Assembly: GCA_965603825.1 (NCBI GenBank)
Contig: CBFDEM010000050.1
Span: 124,001 to 188,000 of the forward strand
Direction: 5' to 3'
Length of the DNA: 64,000 nt
From: Blepharisma stoltei ATCC 30299
Taxonomy: Eukaryota > Protista > Ciliophora
Shown here: positions 37,303-49,457 of the stretch, in pieces
Layout of the letters: every line of letters begins with the position of its first letter
How positions within the stretch are numbered: position 1 is the first letter of the stretch
Program-made: the position numbers and the translations under genes
The notes under the pieces: generated by a model
What the model was told of the DNA's origin: nothing
Databases searched by the model: none
The model's input: only the letters and a program-made list of their open reading frames with translations

Positions 37303-37575
37303 CTATTTAGTTTCCCCTTCAAGTTGTTGAGCAGCATCGTCAGTTTTCATTCTTTTAGAAGTTTTATCACCCTTTTTTGTGGTAATATTCAACTTTTCAG
37401 TAAGAAATCTGAATAAATTTTACTTTTTCTCTCTCAGTAAACCATTCACAGCTTTCATTGCTAAATCAAGTTGAGCAGATAATTTTAGATGGTCCTTCAT
37501 AACAATTACAACTTGTGCAGCCTTGAACTTGCTCTTTAAAGCCTTATATTTATCTCTATAGCTTTCTTCTTCCAT
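37303..37575 (-). CDS. 80-aa INO80E/TFPT-like coiled-coil protein with two 15-nt introns
   Basis: Spliced product MEEESYRDKYKALKSKFKAAQVDHLKLSAQLDLAMKAVNGLLREKKFLTEKL..; introns 37495-37509 and 37409-37423. Absent from the ORF track. Confidence 0.7.
37409..37423 (-). other. 15-nt intron GTAAAATTTATTCAG
   Basis: In-frame TAA; A at position 10. Confidence 0.85.
37495..37509 (-). other. Stop-free 15-nt intron GTAATTGTTATGAAG
   Basis: Matches the intron consensus; removal gives a gap-free match to the INO80E-type motif as recalled. Confidence 0.6.
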
Positions 37576-37839
37576 TTTTAATATCAATTAGCATGCCCCG
37601 AACAAATTTTTAATCTCACATTTTCCTTTCCAAATTCTTATTATTTTATATGAATTTTTGTCTATTAAATTCAAGTATACAGTTTAAGTAAAATAAATAA
37701 TTTTTTATAAAATAGAATTTGCAATCTATAGTTAGGCAATACCAAGATCTGAAAGACAAATACATCCCTGCACTTCAAACATAATGGCTAATCTTCCATA
37801 AAATAGAGCAATATTATACCTGAGATTATAATAGTAAAA

Positions 37840-40347
37840 ATGCTACGAGCATTAAATAGATTCAAAGGAGCAATCCAGAAAAGATACTTTTCAGATGATT
37901 TCATATTAGATGAGATAGAAGAGCCCCCTAATAAGCCTGAGAAACCTTCAGAGGTTGTTAGGCTTCTTCCTATTTCTAAGCATCCAATTTTCCCTAAACA
38001 TTTTATTAGATTCCGCCTATCTCCAGAAAACTTCAAATTCATGGTCTCAGACCAATCATCTACCTTGGTCAGTGCATTTATATTAAAGCCAAAAGACGAC
38101 GTAAAAGAATTGGAAAGTCAGCTATCTTTAAAGTAATCCCTATATAGTTCAATTTTTCCATTAAAAGGAATTGATAGCGTATACACAATAGGATCAATCT
38201 GCACAACGAGCTTTAACAAGTTCGATAGAACAATCACTCTTAAGCCTGTTAACCGAACCAAGCTGATCGAAGTAATCGAGCCATCAACAGCCGAAATTCC
38301 TTTCCCTCTGGTCAAGCTTCAGCATTATGATGAGACGCCTCAACAAGCACGTTCTGAAGAAGACAAAGCCATTCTCAAACTCCTTGCCCAGCAGCTAGAC
38401 GAGCTTAGAACTCTCCTTAGCCCTCAAGAACTGACAACTTTAGAATTATTTGCCCAAAGATTCAATATGAAGTACGAAGAAGATTTTCTTAACTACGTAG
38501 GTGTTATTTTATCCTATATGTGTGATACTGCCAAAGTCCAAAACATTTTTGAGCCTGATACATTTTCAATGAGACTTAAACTTACCTATGAGCTGGTTCA
38601 AGAACACGTACAAATGAGGAACTCGATGAGAAAACTTCAAGACGAGGCACAAGCCAAAATGCAAAAAGCAAGCGAAGAGCATATGTATAAAGAAATTTTG
38701 AGCCTTATTAAAAATAAGCTCGGGTATGATAAAGATGAAAAAGAAACTTTGAAAATAAAATACAGCAAAAATTTGGAAGGAAAAAATGTCCCTCAGCATA
38801 TTCAAAAAATCATTGATGAAGAAATGGGGAGACTGATGATGACTGATAAAAATTCTTCTGAATTTCATGTAATCAGGACTTATTTAGATTGGCTGACATG
38901 TTTGCCTTATGGGGTACAAACTGAAGAAACTATTGACCTGAAAAAAGCAAGAGAAGTTTTGGATAGAGATCATTATGGTATGAAAGACGTAAAAGAGAGG
39001 ATTCTGGAATTCATTGCAGTTAGCAAGCTAAAAGGTAGCTCGACTGGCAAAATTTTATGCTTCGTGGGACCTCCTGGGGTGGGTAAAACTTCAATTGCAA
39101 AATCTATTGCTGAAGCGCTCAATAGAAAATATCATAGAATTTCACTTGGAGGATTAGATGATGTTGCTGAATTAAAAGGACACAGAAGAACTTATATAGG
39201 AGCTCAGCCTGGGAAGCTTATAACTGCTTTAAAGCAGGCAGGATCAGAGAACCCTGTGATTTTGATTGACGAAATTGACAAAGTTGGGAGACGTAATTTC
39301 CAAGGTAGCCCTGAAAACGCACTGTTAGAAATTCTTGACCCTCAGCAAAATTTTTCATTTAATGACCATTATCTTGACACAACAGTCGACTTAAGTAAAG
39401 TTCTATTTTTATGCACTGCAAACTTTCCTGATGACATTAATCCAGTCCTATTAGACAGAATGGACGTAATTCGAGTCCAAGGATACACAGCTGAAGAAAA
39501 ATCAAATATTTTAAATAGGCATCTTCTACCAGAAATCATTAATAAATGCTCTCTAAGTGACAAATCTGAAAAATATGAAATCACAGAGCCAGCTAAAGAA
39601 GTGCTTATAAGGGATTATTGCAGAGAAGCAGGGGTTAGAAGCTTGCAGAAAATTGTGACGAGAATTTTGGAAAAAATTACAAAGAAAATTGTAGAAGGAG
39701 TTGAAGAAAAAATTGTGGTGACGCCTGAAAATTTGATTACGTTTGCAGGAAGACCAGAGCATGCACATTCAAAGATTTATGATATAACACCTAGTGGCGT
39801 TGTGATGGGCTTGGCTTATACTTCGATGGGAGGATCGACACTATACATAGAAGTTGCTAAGTCGAAATTCACAGGAGACGAAACTGAAGGAAAAGTGCAA
39901 ATTACAGGAAACTTAAAACAAGTCATGTCTGAAAGTGTGCATATTGCTTATACGTTTGCCAAAAAACTAGCATCAGAAAAAGGAAATAATTTCTTGGATA
40001 AACACAGCATACATATTCACGTCCCTGAGGGAGCAACACCTAAAGATGGTCCTTCTGCAGGCATCACCATTACAACGGCTCTCCTTTCTCTTGCATTTGA
40101 TAAGCCAGTTATTCCTGACTTAGCAATGACTGGAGAAATTTCTTTGACAGGCAAAGTTCTTCCAATTGGAGGACTCAAAGAAAAAATTGTTGCAGCGAAG
40201 CGAGATGGGGTAAAAAGAGTGATCATACCAAAGCAAAACAAATATCACTGGGATGAGCTAGCTGATATATTGAAAGAAGGGATCGAGGTCAGCTTTGTAG
40301 AAGAATATTCCGAAGTATTCAAAATAGCATTTAATAATTCTTTATAA
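37840..40347 (+). CDS. LONP1: Mitochondrial-type Lon protease
   Basis: Arg-rich targeting-like N-terminus, GPPGVGKT, HRRTYIGA, PKDGPSAG (catalytic Ser) and IGGLKEK; intron 38133-38147. Confidence 0.95.
38133..38147 (+). other. 15-nt intron GTAATCCCTATATAG
   Basis: In-frame TAA; removal joins the N-terminal ORF to the Lon ORF. Confidence 0.9.
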
Positions 40348-40367
40348 GTTAATTTTATAGATAGAAG

Positions 40368-41822
40368 ATGGAGAATATCGCTGAGCGTGATTTGATTTTC
40401 GGTGACGTTCTATATATGACTGATATAGTAGAAGTTTATAAAGCCCTGATGAAAGCTACAGGCGAATATGTCGCTGTTAAAAAGCTCAAGGTAAACTCAA
40501 TATCTGATGCCACGTTCTATACAAATGAGGCATTGCAAATGGCTGCTTTAGGGAACCACCCTAATATCGTTAAGCTAAGAGCATGCTTTATGAGCGGAAG
40601 AGGACAACAGATAGAGTATGTGCTGTTTGTCATGAAGTTTTATTCGAAGGGAGACTTGCAAAATGAAATTGAGAGAAGGGCAAAGTACCAGCAGAGATGA
40701 AATGAAGCAGAACTATGGAACCATATGAAATCGCTCATTGAAGTATTTTCATTTTTACAAGAAAAAAACATTGCTCACAGAGATATAAAGCCTCAAAACA
40801 TCTTCATTGGAGATAATGATGAGCTCTTAGTTGCAGATCTAGGATGTGCAGTAAAGAAAAAAACTACAGGATTAGAAGAAATGACGCTTGCAGGGACTCC
40901 ATTATATCTGAGCCCTCTCCTAAGAAGAGCTTATGATAATAATCCTAGTGGAGGCATAGATCATAACCCATTTAAATCAGATGTTTACTCTCTTGGCCTT
41001 ACCTTTTATTATATGGCCACTTTGACAGATATCTTTGACTTTACAAATTTAAATCAACTTCAAGCTAGAATAAATATCCGAGTCAACTCTATAAATTGCT
41101 ATTCAGAGCGGATAAAGAATATTTTGCATGATATGCTATTTGTTGAAGAGTCAGAAAGGCTCGATTTTTTAGATCTTTCAAAAAAGTACAGCATGAATGC
41201 ACCTTTATTTAAAATTATTCCAAATTTCCAAGCGCCTATTAGATCTAAGAAAATAAATTCATGCAAAGTATATCATTTAGTGCCAGCTTGGGGAAATCCG
41301 AGAATTGTTAATAAAGTAAGATTGAAAAAGGCAAAAAGTAAAAGTGTATTGGAAAGCACTTTTCAACATATTTACAAAGGATCAGACTGAAGCCGTTTTG
41401 GCGAATATTTATCCGTTTTGTGCGCACCAAAACTTATAATAAAAATATCTAAATTGGCTATTTATTGTTACATGTGTAGATGTCCTATTGATAACGATCT
41501 AGATATTATTAAAAGCCATGACTGTTGAATTCATTTGAGATGCATTAAACAATATACTATTAAAGTTAATGATGGCATATGAACTGTATTTCAGGAAGGA
41601 TTTAATTGCTATTATAATAATCAAAGTCATTTTCATCCAATAAAAGAATTTAAATCACTTAGTTGCTTCACTTGTGGCCAATATTTTAAACCTCTATTAC
41701 AAGACAACCCTAATATTAAAAATTCCTGCTTACATTGCTTTTGCGATCAATGCCTTGCCAAAAATCCACTAGGCCCAAATAAAGAGTGCCCAGAATGCCC
41801 TGTCCAATGATATCCAATTTAA
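40368..41822 (+). CDS. Divergent Ser/Thr kinase with C-terminal RING finger(s)
   Basis: VAVK, HRDIKPQN, DLG and GTPLYLSP. With TGA=W the frame extends to CFTC..CLHCFCDQC..CPEC and TAA at 41822. Confidence 0.82.
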
Positions 41823-41953
41823 GTTAACTCAACTTTAAGCTAATTGCCAGAACATTAATATATACTAACAAATAGATTATTTTAAATACTATCAATTTTT
41901 CAATTTCCACTATAATAATCATTAGTATTTTTAATTTAAATGTAAATTGTAAG

Positions 41954-43639
41954 ATGAGTAGACCAATGAAGAAATGGGAACTTCAACAAAAACAAAAAAT
42001 CCACAACTCAAAAATCAAAAATGCGAAACCCACAATAAAAACCCCAAGCACAGTCACTGTCGAAATTGATTCTAAAATTTCAAGTGAAAGTGACTATGCT
42101 AATGCCGGTTTATACAGCATTTTAAAATCATTCAATCTCCAGCAATACACAAAGCGGCTTTCTGAAATTGGTTTTGAGAATGACCTGAAGCGCCTTGCAT
42201 ATCTCACTACTAAAGAGATAGATGAGATAGCAAATATCATCAAAATGATGCCAGGCCACAAATTGAAATTTATTGCTATGATTGAGACATTAAAATTTCC
42301 TAAATCAGAAGCAAGCCTTGCAAGAAGCAACAGCAACTTATCAAAGCCAAGAAAAAGCTTGCCAGGGATGAAAAGAAAAACATCTGCAGGGGCAGTTTCT
42401 AAAGGGTCAAGAAATAGCATAAGACATGAATCTGAACAATTTGAATACCCGTATTCAGCTCAATATGAGACTGCAGACAGCACTATTGTGAATGAGTTAG
42501 AAGAACAAAAGCTTAAAGAAGAGCTTCAAAAAGCTAAAGAAAAAATAGAAGAACTCACAAGAGCTTTGTCATTACAACAGCAGCAGCAAAATTCGTTAGA
42601 AATGATGAGGGAAGATTCAACAAAGTGCACTGAAGTAGAGTCACCAAAGCCGTCGATGAGAATTGACCCGCTAGAGCCTTTACCTGAAATTCAACCGAAA
42701 AATGAAGTTGGGGTTTCGCTTGATTCATCAAAAATGAGGTCAACTCTTCATCATATTGATATTGAAGAAATGTGCAAAAGCTTGGCAAAGGCTATAAGAG
42801 TGCTTATTTTCCATGGGATGAGTGTTGAAAAAAATAGAGAAATTGAGCCGAGCTTAAGAGAGTCATTGTCATATATGCCTGATTTTAATGACGAAACTCC
42901 AAGAAGAGACATTATGAAGCCTAGATATTCTTTTGTGTCAGATAATATTCCAGGTTCCGCAAGTGGGACTTCATTAGACTACTCCCAAGACTCTTGCATA
43001 CATCTAAATCCTATAGAGCTTGATGAAATTTCTGAAAGAAGTCAAGAATATTCCCCACAGAAAAAAATGAGAAAAGAAGCTGGAGATATAAATGTCCCTC
43101 AAACAATCAATGATATGTTTAAAACTGAATTTGACGACATAACAGCAACTCAGGCTCCTTGTGAAGAGGAAATTTATAATTTCAGCAAAAATATGATAAT
43201 AAGATGCAGGATGGAAAAAGAGTGCAGTATAATCTGTTTAATTTATCTAGAAAGGCTGATTGAGAAAACAGGTCTGTACATCACTGAAAAAAACTGAAAA
43301 AGGTTAGTAATTTTATGCTTGATTTTAGCAAGTAAAGTATGGGATGACGAATCATATGAAAATAAGCACTTTTCTCAAGCATTTACTGTAGTTACTTTGA
43401 GAGAGCTAAATAGCATGGAAATGATATTTTTAGGGCTAATTGACTATGATGTTGGGATAAAAAATAGCGATTATGCCAAGTATTATTTTATTTTAAGGAC
43501 TTATTGTGAAAAAAGCAATAGGAGTTTTCCATTAAAACCCATGGATGTAGATACAGTCATGAAGCTGCAAAAAAACGCAGATAAAGTAGAAAACGAGCTG
43601 AGAGAAATCCATAATCAAGCCCTCTATCAAACCTTATAG
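41954..43639 (+). CDS. Cyclin-Y-like protein with N-terminal SAM-like domain
   Basis: IYLERL..NW(TGA)KRLVILCLILASKVWDD..YAKYYF cyclin-Y signature; SAM-like LKSFNLQQY..PGHKLKF. Confidence 0.85.
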
Positions 43640-43680
43640 CTACTGAACTAACACTAAATTAAAAAATTATTTATTTACTA

Positions 43681-45078
43681 TTATATATTTTCTAATTTTT
43701 CCACAACAAAAGAGCCTCTTCTTGGATCTCTCACCTCAATTTCAGGTAAAGATGTGATTTTCAATGTATTATCATCCAATAAATTACTTATCGGTGTAAA
43801 TGTATCAGGAATTTTCCCATGCTCTTTAAGATCAATATTAAATTTGCTTTGGTTTAATTCAATAATCACACATGAAATATCGTCTATCATTACATCTTCT
43901 TCCTCCACAATTGTATGCCACCTAACCCTTGCTTCTTCACAAAGCAGCTGTGCAATACAAGCATTTTCTGGGTTTACAATTTTTTGATCTGTATGTGTAT
44001 CTACCCCTTTTACGCATTTTCCTCTATAAAATTCCACAAAATGAGCGACATCGTCATTTTCAAGCACATCTCATACCCCATCTGAAGCAGCTACTATAAA
44101 ATAATCTAATTCTCCAAAAAGGTCATATTTTGTACAAACTGGGGTTGATATAACCCCAACTCTTTGTCCTCTGAGATCTCCTATTGATCGGCTCATAGCA
44201 AGCCCAGGCCCATTTGAGTTCATTTCCCAGACTCTATATGGGCCGATTTTATTGCCATATTCGTCTACAAGCTGCTGGACCCTGCCTCCGCATTTAGTAA
44301 TTCTTGCTAGTTCGTCAGGGTCGTCTGGCTTTTGGTCTCTTGTAAGCTGCACAGCTTGTAGCAGTGGAGACACAAAGCTTCTTCGCCTTTCTTTGACTTC
44401 TTCTAATAATTTTCTGTCTTCCCCAATTATTGCAGGTGGTGCTGGTAGAATTTCTGGTGGATGTGATGTAGCAACAATAGCCCGAGAATCCCCAACACTA
44501 GCACAATAAAGTGACCCATTAAAAAAGCAGACAAAAACAGCTGTACTAATTATACATTACCATCCCGAGTTCTGAGCATTTATGCCTCTAGCAGAATTTC
44601 GAATTTCATGATCGCATTGTTTTGTTAATTCCGTCAAAAATAGGTTAGGATTTTTTACAAAGTCACTCTTATGAGCTTCATAAAAGTCCTCCACTGTCTC
44701 TGAGCACACATCGACAACTCTTTCGCCTTCAGCTCCATGACCATCGAACAAAGCAACAATAAAGCTGTTTTCATCATTTAAAAACAAACAAAAATCTTGG
44801 CACTTTTTATTTATTTCTCCATGAGGGTCGAGACCTGGAATCACACATGCTGAGGCTCAATATGACTTTGGGCCTACTTCAAGTTTTTGCGATGACGTAA
44901 GAATAGGCTCAGTACAGTCAAATTTTATGGTTTCAGTTGCCACAACTACACCTTTCGTGTTTCTTTGCTTGATCTTTAAGGTAGCATTTCGTAAATATTC
45001 TCGATTTAGAATGCCATTAGTTGAGTCTTTTGTGATTAAATCTTTCTTACTATTTGTTGTTATGGTACCGCAGCCCAT
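43681..45078 (-). CDS. Protein phosphatase 2C
   Basis: MGC N-terminus, CQD, FDGHG, SGCTA (after intron), VGDSR, GLAMSRSIGD, ASDGVW(TGA)D and DDIS. Confidence 0.93.
44546..44560 (-). other. 15-nt intron GTAATGTATAATTAG
   Basis: Removal restores the PP2C motif SGCTA. Confidence 0.92.
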
Positions 45079-45477
45079 TATTTTTTTTTGTGAACAGTTA
45101 AATGAGATATTAAAAATTTGAAATAATACAGATAATGAGATTAAAAAATGTGAAATTATTGTAATTTGTATTAGATTAATAATAAAGTATTAAATATATG
45201 CAGTCTAATTATCTTGCAAATTTAAAAATAATATGATTAAACTGCATTGGGCATCAGAATATTTTTTTAAGTTTTGGAAAATCAAATTTTGGTTATTTTT
45301 ATAATTTATGCCTTGCTAAATAATTTAATTCAGTTATTTGAGTGCAAGCTTTATTATAAATAAAATCTACCTTACCTATTGACTTTCAAAATAATTTAAA
45401 GCAAATATATCGATCTTATTAGTAAATTAATTAAAGAGCTTTCTTAATTTATTTCGAATAAATTCTTGCTATGATTA

Positions 45478-46827
45478 TTAACCTCTTACTTTTTCTATTA
45501 AAGTTGAGTTGATTGATCGAAGATTTCTCGTCCATTTCTTGAACGCCTCTTCTCTTCTAGTTGTTGCGTCACTTATTGCAGAGGTAAGTTCTACAATTCC
45601 ATCAACCTGATCAATTTTTGCATCAATTTTCCCATCCATAATCAGTTCAATAAGCAAGCTAAACACACTATCCGGCGAAATCTGCAACTCCTGTGCCAGA
45701 AAACCAACTCTGACTGCTTTATATGGCTTGATTTTAGCTTGCAGAACGCTTAATCTAACTCCTCTCAAGAAATCATCCATATATTGAGAAATATAAGAAT
45801 CATCAAGCAATTTTATGCTTTTGTCAAATAAAATTCTTTGGACTTCAACCATATCATTTGTCTCATAAGCTGACCTCAGCCTCATCATCGCAATAATTTC
45901 TGGATCATCTTTATATACCTTAGCTTCCAATGAGTGGAAAGGATTAATATTAGAGTTCGCCATAATGCTGGCTAACGTGACATATTTCAAAATAGTTTTC
46001 GCACGAGGGTTTCCTACCTCTTGATAACACTTAAAAGCTTCAAAAAGCTCAGTAAGGGCTTTATCCCATGATTTCTCACTCATATACATCCTGCTGCCGC
46101 TTTCTCTGATTACTCCAATAATTCTAGGATCAGTCACATCAGCATTGAGGGATTCTGTTTTCTTAAAAATCTCTTTCATCCTTTTCGAGTTTTTAGTAAC
46201 TGTGCATAATTGAATTTCCAGCGCATAAGCTTCTAATAAGCTCTGAGACTTTGAATTATCAACCTGTCCATTAGGCAGATGGCAAGAACTGACTAGCTCT
46301 GATATAGTGCTTTCTGCGTTTTCGACGTCATTTCTTTCGAGATAGAGCTTTGCAAGCTTGGTTTGAGTGTTGAAGACAAGACGAGATTTTCCGCTTTCTT
46401 TGAGCTTTTCAAGAATCATACTTAAGACTCGCATAGAGTAGGTTGGGTCAGTGATTTTGCTAGAGACGTCGATGATGGAGTTGATAGCGTCTGTTGCGTC
46501 GTTGCTAGCCACTGTGTCGATCAGGCCGATAAGTTCTGCGAGGTGAGAACACATTGGCTCATAAAAACCTAGAGTGCACTCGAGAACTACAACATTTTTT
46601 AAAGCTTTGAATCGCCATTGCTGCTCTGACTCAGGCCTGTTGCCTTCAAGCTCAAGAACTTTGAGAAAGCCTGTTAAAGCATCTTCTGGATTTGTCTTTT
46701 TGATGTCGTCGGCTTCGTAGAAAGTGTTTTCAATTGTGACAAGCTCTTCGTCAACGTCTTCTTCATCTGACCACCCTTCTTTGTCACTGTCGTATTCGTA
46801 TTCTTCAAACTCACTTCCAGATGACAT
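45478..46827 (-). CDS. CSN2: COP9 signalosome subunit 2 (PCI domain)
   Basis: IENTFYEA, WRFKALK, LLEAYALEIQ, FEAFKCYQEVG and NPFHSLEAKVY. Confidence 0.9.
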   Translation of the reverse strand: MSSGSEFEEYEYDSDKEGWSDEEDVDEELVTIENTFYEADDIKKTNPEDALTGFLKVLELEGNRPESEQQWRFKALKNVVVLECTLGFYEPMCSHLAELIGLIDTVASNDATDAINSIIDVSSKITDPTYSMRVLSMILEKLKESGKSRLVFNTQTKLAKLYLERNDVENAESTISELVSSCHLPNGQVDNSKSQSLLEAYALEIQLCTVTKNSKRMKEIFKKTESLNADVTDPRIIGVIRESGSRMYMSEKSWDKALTELFEAFKCYQEVGNPRAKTILKYVTLASIMANSNINPFHSLEAKVYKDDPEIIAMMRLRSAYETNDMVEVQRILFDKSIKLLDDSYISQYMDDFLRGVRLSVLQAKIKPYKAVRVGFLAQELQISPDSVFSLLIELIMDGKIDAKIDQVDGIVELTSAISDATTRREEAFKKWTRNLRSINSTLIEKVRG

Positions 46828-47209
46828 TTATATAGAATGTCTTAGTGATTGGCTCGGTTTATGTTAGGCAATATATACATTAGCGAAATTAGATAGAAAT
46901 TTAAAGGTGATCTTAAAATAATTTACTTTTAGCAGCTCTTTCAATTTTAATTCTAATCAATCTGCCTTTTTTCATTCAAAAGATTTATTTATAATAAGAT
47001 TTAGAATTAAAGCATCAAAAAAAACCAAATTTTATTAATTATTTTATGCATTTACTTGAAAAGCAGATATCAATTATGATTATCGTTTTTCCCACATTAT
47101 TAGACCTTTTAATTGTTAAATTTTTATTTGTTGGCAAATAGAGAGAAAATTTATCAAAAATTGAATATTGCGAAGATTCTAATAAAAGTATTCCTATTAA
47201 AGTGTTAGG

Positions 47210-47542
47210 TTAAACATGCACAGCATAAATTGTGACTAAGCAGTTCAGATTTGCAAACTCTCCTGTAACTGAAATAAGGCCATCAGTCTTTGTATCCCAA
47301 AAGCATGTTGAACCAGATTGAAAACCTGCTCCTGTCCTTTGCATAATGAAGCAAGTAACTATATACTTAAATGGTTTGTTCATTTTATTAAACTCTTTTA
47401 AGCATTGATCCATAACCTGCTGGCACCAAGAATTCACTCGTTCAGGCTGAAAATAAAGGTCTTGAGTAATTACATTTTCCATTGCATTCTTAGCTATTGT
47501 TCCAAGCTCATCAATAAGGATTTCATCATCTTCTAATGACAT
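47210..47542 (-). CDS. Dynein light chain, Tctex-1 family
   Basis: KPFKYIVTCFIMQRTGAG..CFWDTKTDG. Confidence 0.92.
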   Translation of the reverse strand: MSLEDDEILIDELGTIAKNAMENVITQDLYFQPERVNSWCQQVMDQCLKEFNKMNKPFKYIVTCFIMQRTGAGFQSGSTCFWDTKTDGLISVTGEFANLNCLVTIYAVHV

Positions 47543-47755
47543 TTTATAAATCTTTATGAATTAGCTAAAATTATTTTTTGTAAAATAAAATGTATTTGCA
47601 CTATAATATAAATTTATCAGTTATAGGAGTTTTAAATTACGAATAATAATAGTGATAAATATTTATTAATTTCTTTGAAAATACCCTTTGGAAACTTTAT
47701 ATGAATTTCTAGTAATTTAAATGCATTTAATCCCAATAATTTAATCCCAATATTT

Positions 47756-48625
47756 TTATCTAAATGATTTAACTGAATTATATCTTCGAATTGTCTCTGG
47801 GTCAGGACATAATTTCCCTCCAGAAATCGAAGTGTGAAAATCAGGAGGTGGCGCCCTTTGATATTTGTTAAAATGAGTTGTAAAAGTTTCTTGATAATTC
47901 GTAATATTTGGATTCACAGGAATAACTACCCATTTACCTACAACCCCACTCCCTTGTATTAGAGCTTGTTTTCTTTTCTTTAAGTCTTCTTTTGTAAAAG
48001 TCAAAGGATTAATATTTGTATCTACAGCTTGAGTAGTTTGAGGTCTCGACCATGCTTTATGCTCAGTAGTCCTTTGGCCTATTAATGCTGTGCTTACTTG
48101 GTCTAATCTATGAGACGTAAAATTTTTTGATGGATCATTTCATCTATACGACGCTTGGGTTTCTGTTCTGCCAGTTTCATTGGATTTGAAAACTGCATTC
48201 AAAGATCTCAAACATTGCAAAATTAAGTTTTGGTATACAATGTCGTCTTTAAGCTCAACCCAATTTTCAATAAACATAACAGTGACTGGGGTTAATATAT
48301 CACTTGCTGAGATATCTGATAACTTTCTATAGGAAAATATATTTGTTTCGTGATAGGCTTTGGAACCTCCGAATTCAAGCTCATAAGTTGATTGGAGTTG
48401 ACGTTTTCTGAGCTCTGATTCATAAGAGTTTATGTTAGGTAGAGAAGCTCGATGGCTGTCTGAACGTGTTTTGAATTTCTTTTTGCCTTTGTGAGTGAAA
48501 ATTGCACCGATTAATTTTAAGCCTTTTATCTCATTTTTGCTGGCTGATTGGAGTCAGCTGCTTGATTTGCTTTTGAATTGGGGCTTTAGGATCACTTCTA
48601 ATATATCTTGAGAACTAGAAAACAT
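47756..48625 (-). CDS. Hypothetical protein (289 aa)
   Basis: ATG at 48625; open frame with two TGA=W into track ORF 47756-48004. Confidence 0.7.
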
Positions 48626-48875
48626 TTTTCTAAAATGATTAAATTAGCAGTTTTATCTCTATATAATAAAATAGTTAAATTTAGCAGGGATAAAATATAA
48701 TTTTATTTTTTTGGATAAATACTTTTCTTGGCTTTATTGAAAATTTTATCTAAATTGTGTAATATGATTTTTATAATAAATTTTTAAGTCGTACGTTTAA
48801 TGTAATAAAAGCACTTGCATGCTATATAGAGCATCAAATCTATGAACTTTAAGATAAAATCTTGAAATACGTAAA

Positions 48876-49178
48876 ATGGAAATACCTGATGATAAAGGCA
48901 AAAGCACTCCTGAAAATTCGACAATAGATACCAAAAAAATCAGATGATCACACAAGCCACAAATAATGACTTGCAAGCATTGTGACTATAAAGGACTAAG
49001 TAAATGTGAGTATGATAGTGGATTTATTGCATGACTAATGTGTGGAGCATGCATTATGGTCGGATGTGTATTTTGTTGCTGCTTATGCCCATTTTGTATT
49101 GAAGGCCTCAAAATTTGTCATCATATATGTCCACACTGCAATAAACTTGTAGGATCACACCATCCAGGTAAGCTATAA
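48876..49178 (+). CDS. LITAF-domain zinc-binding membrane protein (100 aa)
   Basis: CKHC..GFIAW(TGA)LMCGACIMVGCVFCCCLCPFC..HICPHCNKLVG; not in the ORF track. Confidence 0.9.
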
Positions 49179-49457
49179 CTATATGTTGGTATCTATTTCT
49201 CGTAATTTTAGTTCGCGTGAATTATTATTGATGAGAATTGCTTAGCTAAGCTAATAAAATTTACATGAATTATAAGTTGAATTCAATATTAAATATATTT
49301 TTACTATAGATTTTCTTATATTTTTATAATATCTTCTACATAAATTTATATAGGAATTCATTCATGAAAGAAAAATAGATGAATATAATTATGGTAAAAT
49401 CTGAGATTTAGTATTATTTATGAAATCTATTATTTTAATAAAATGGCGTGTATTAGG

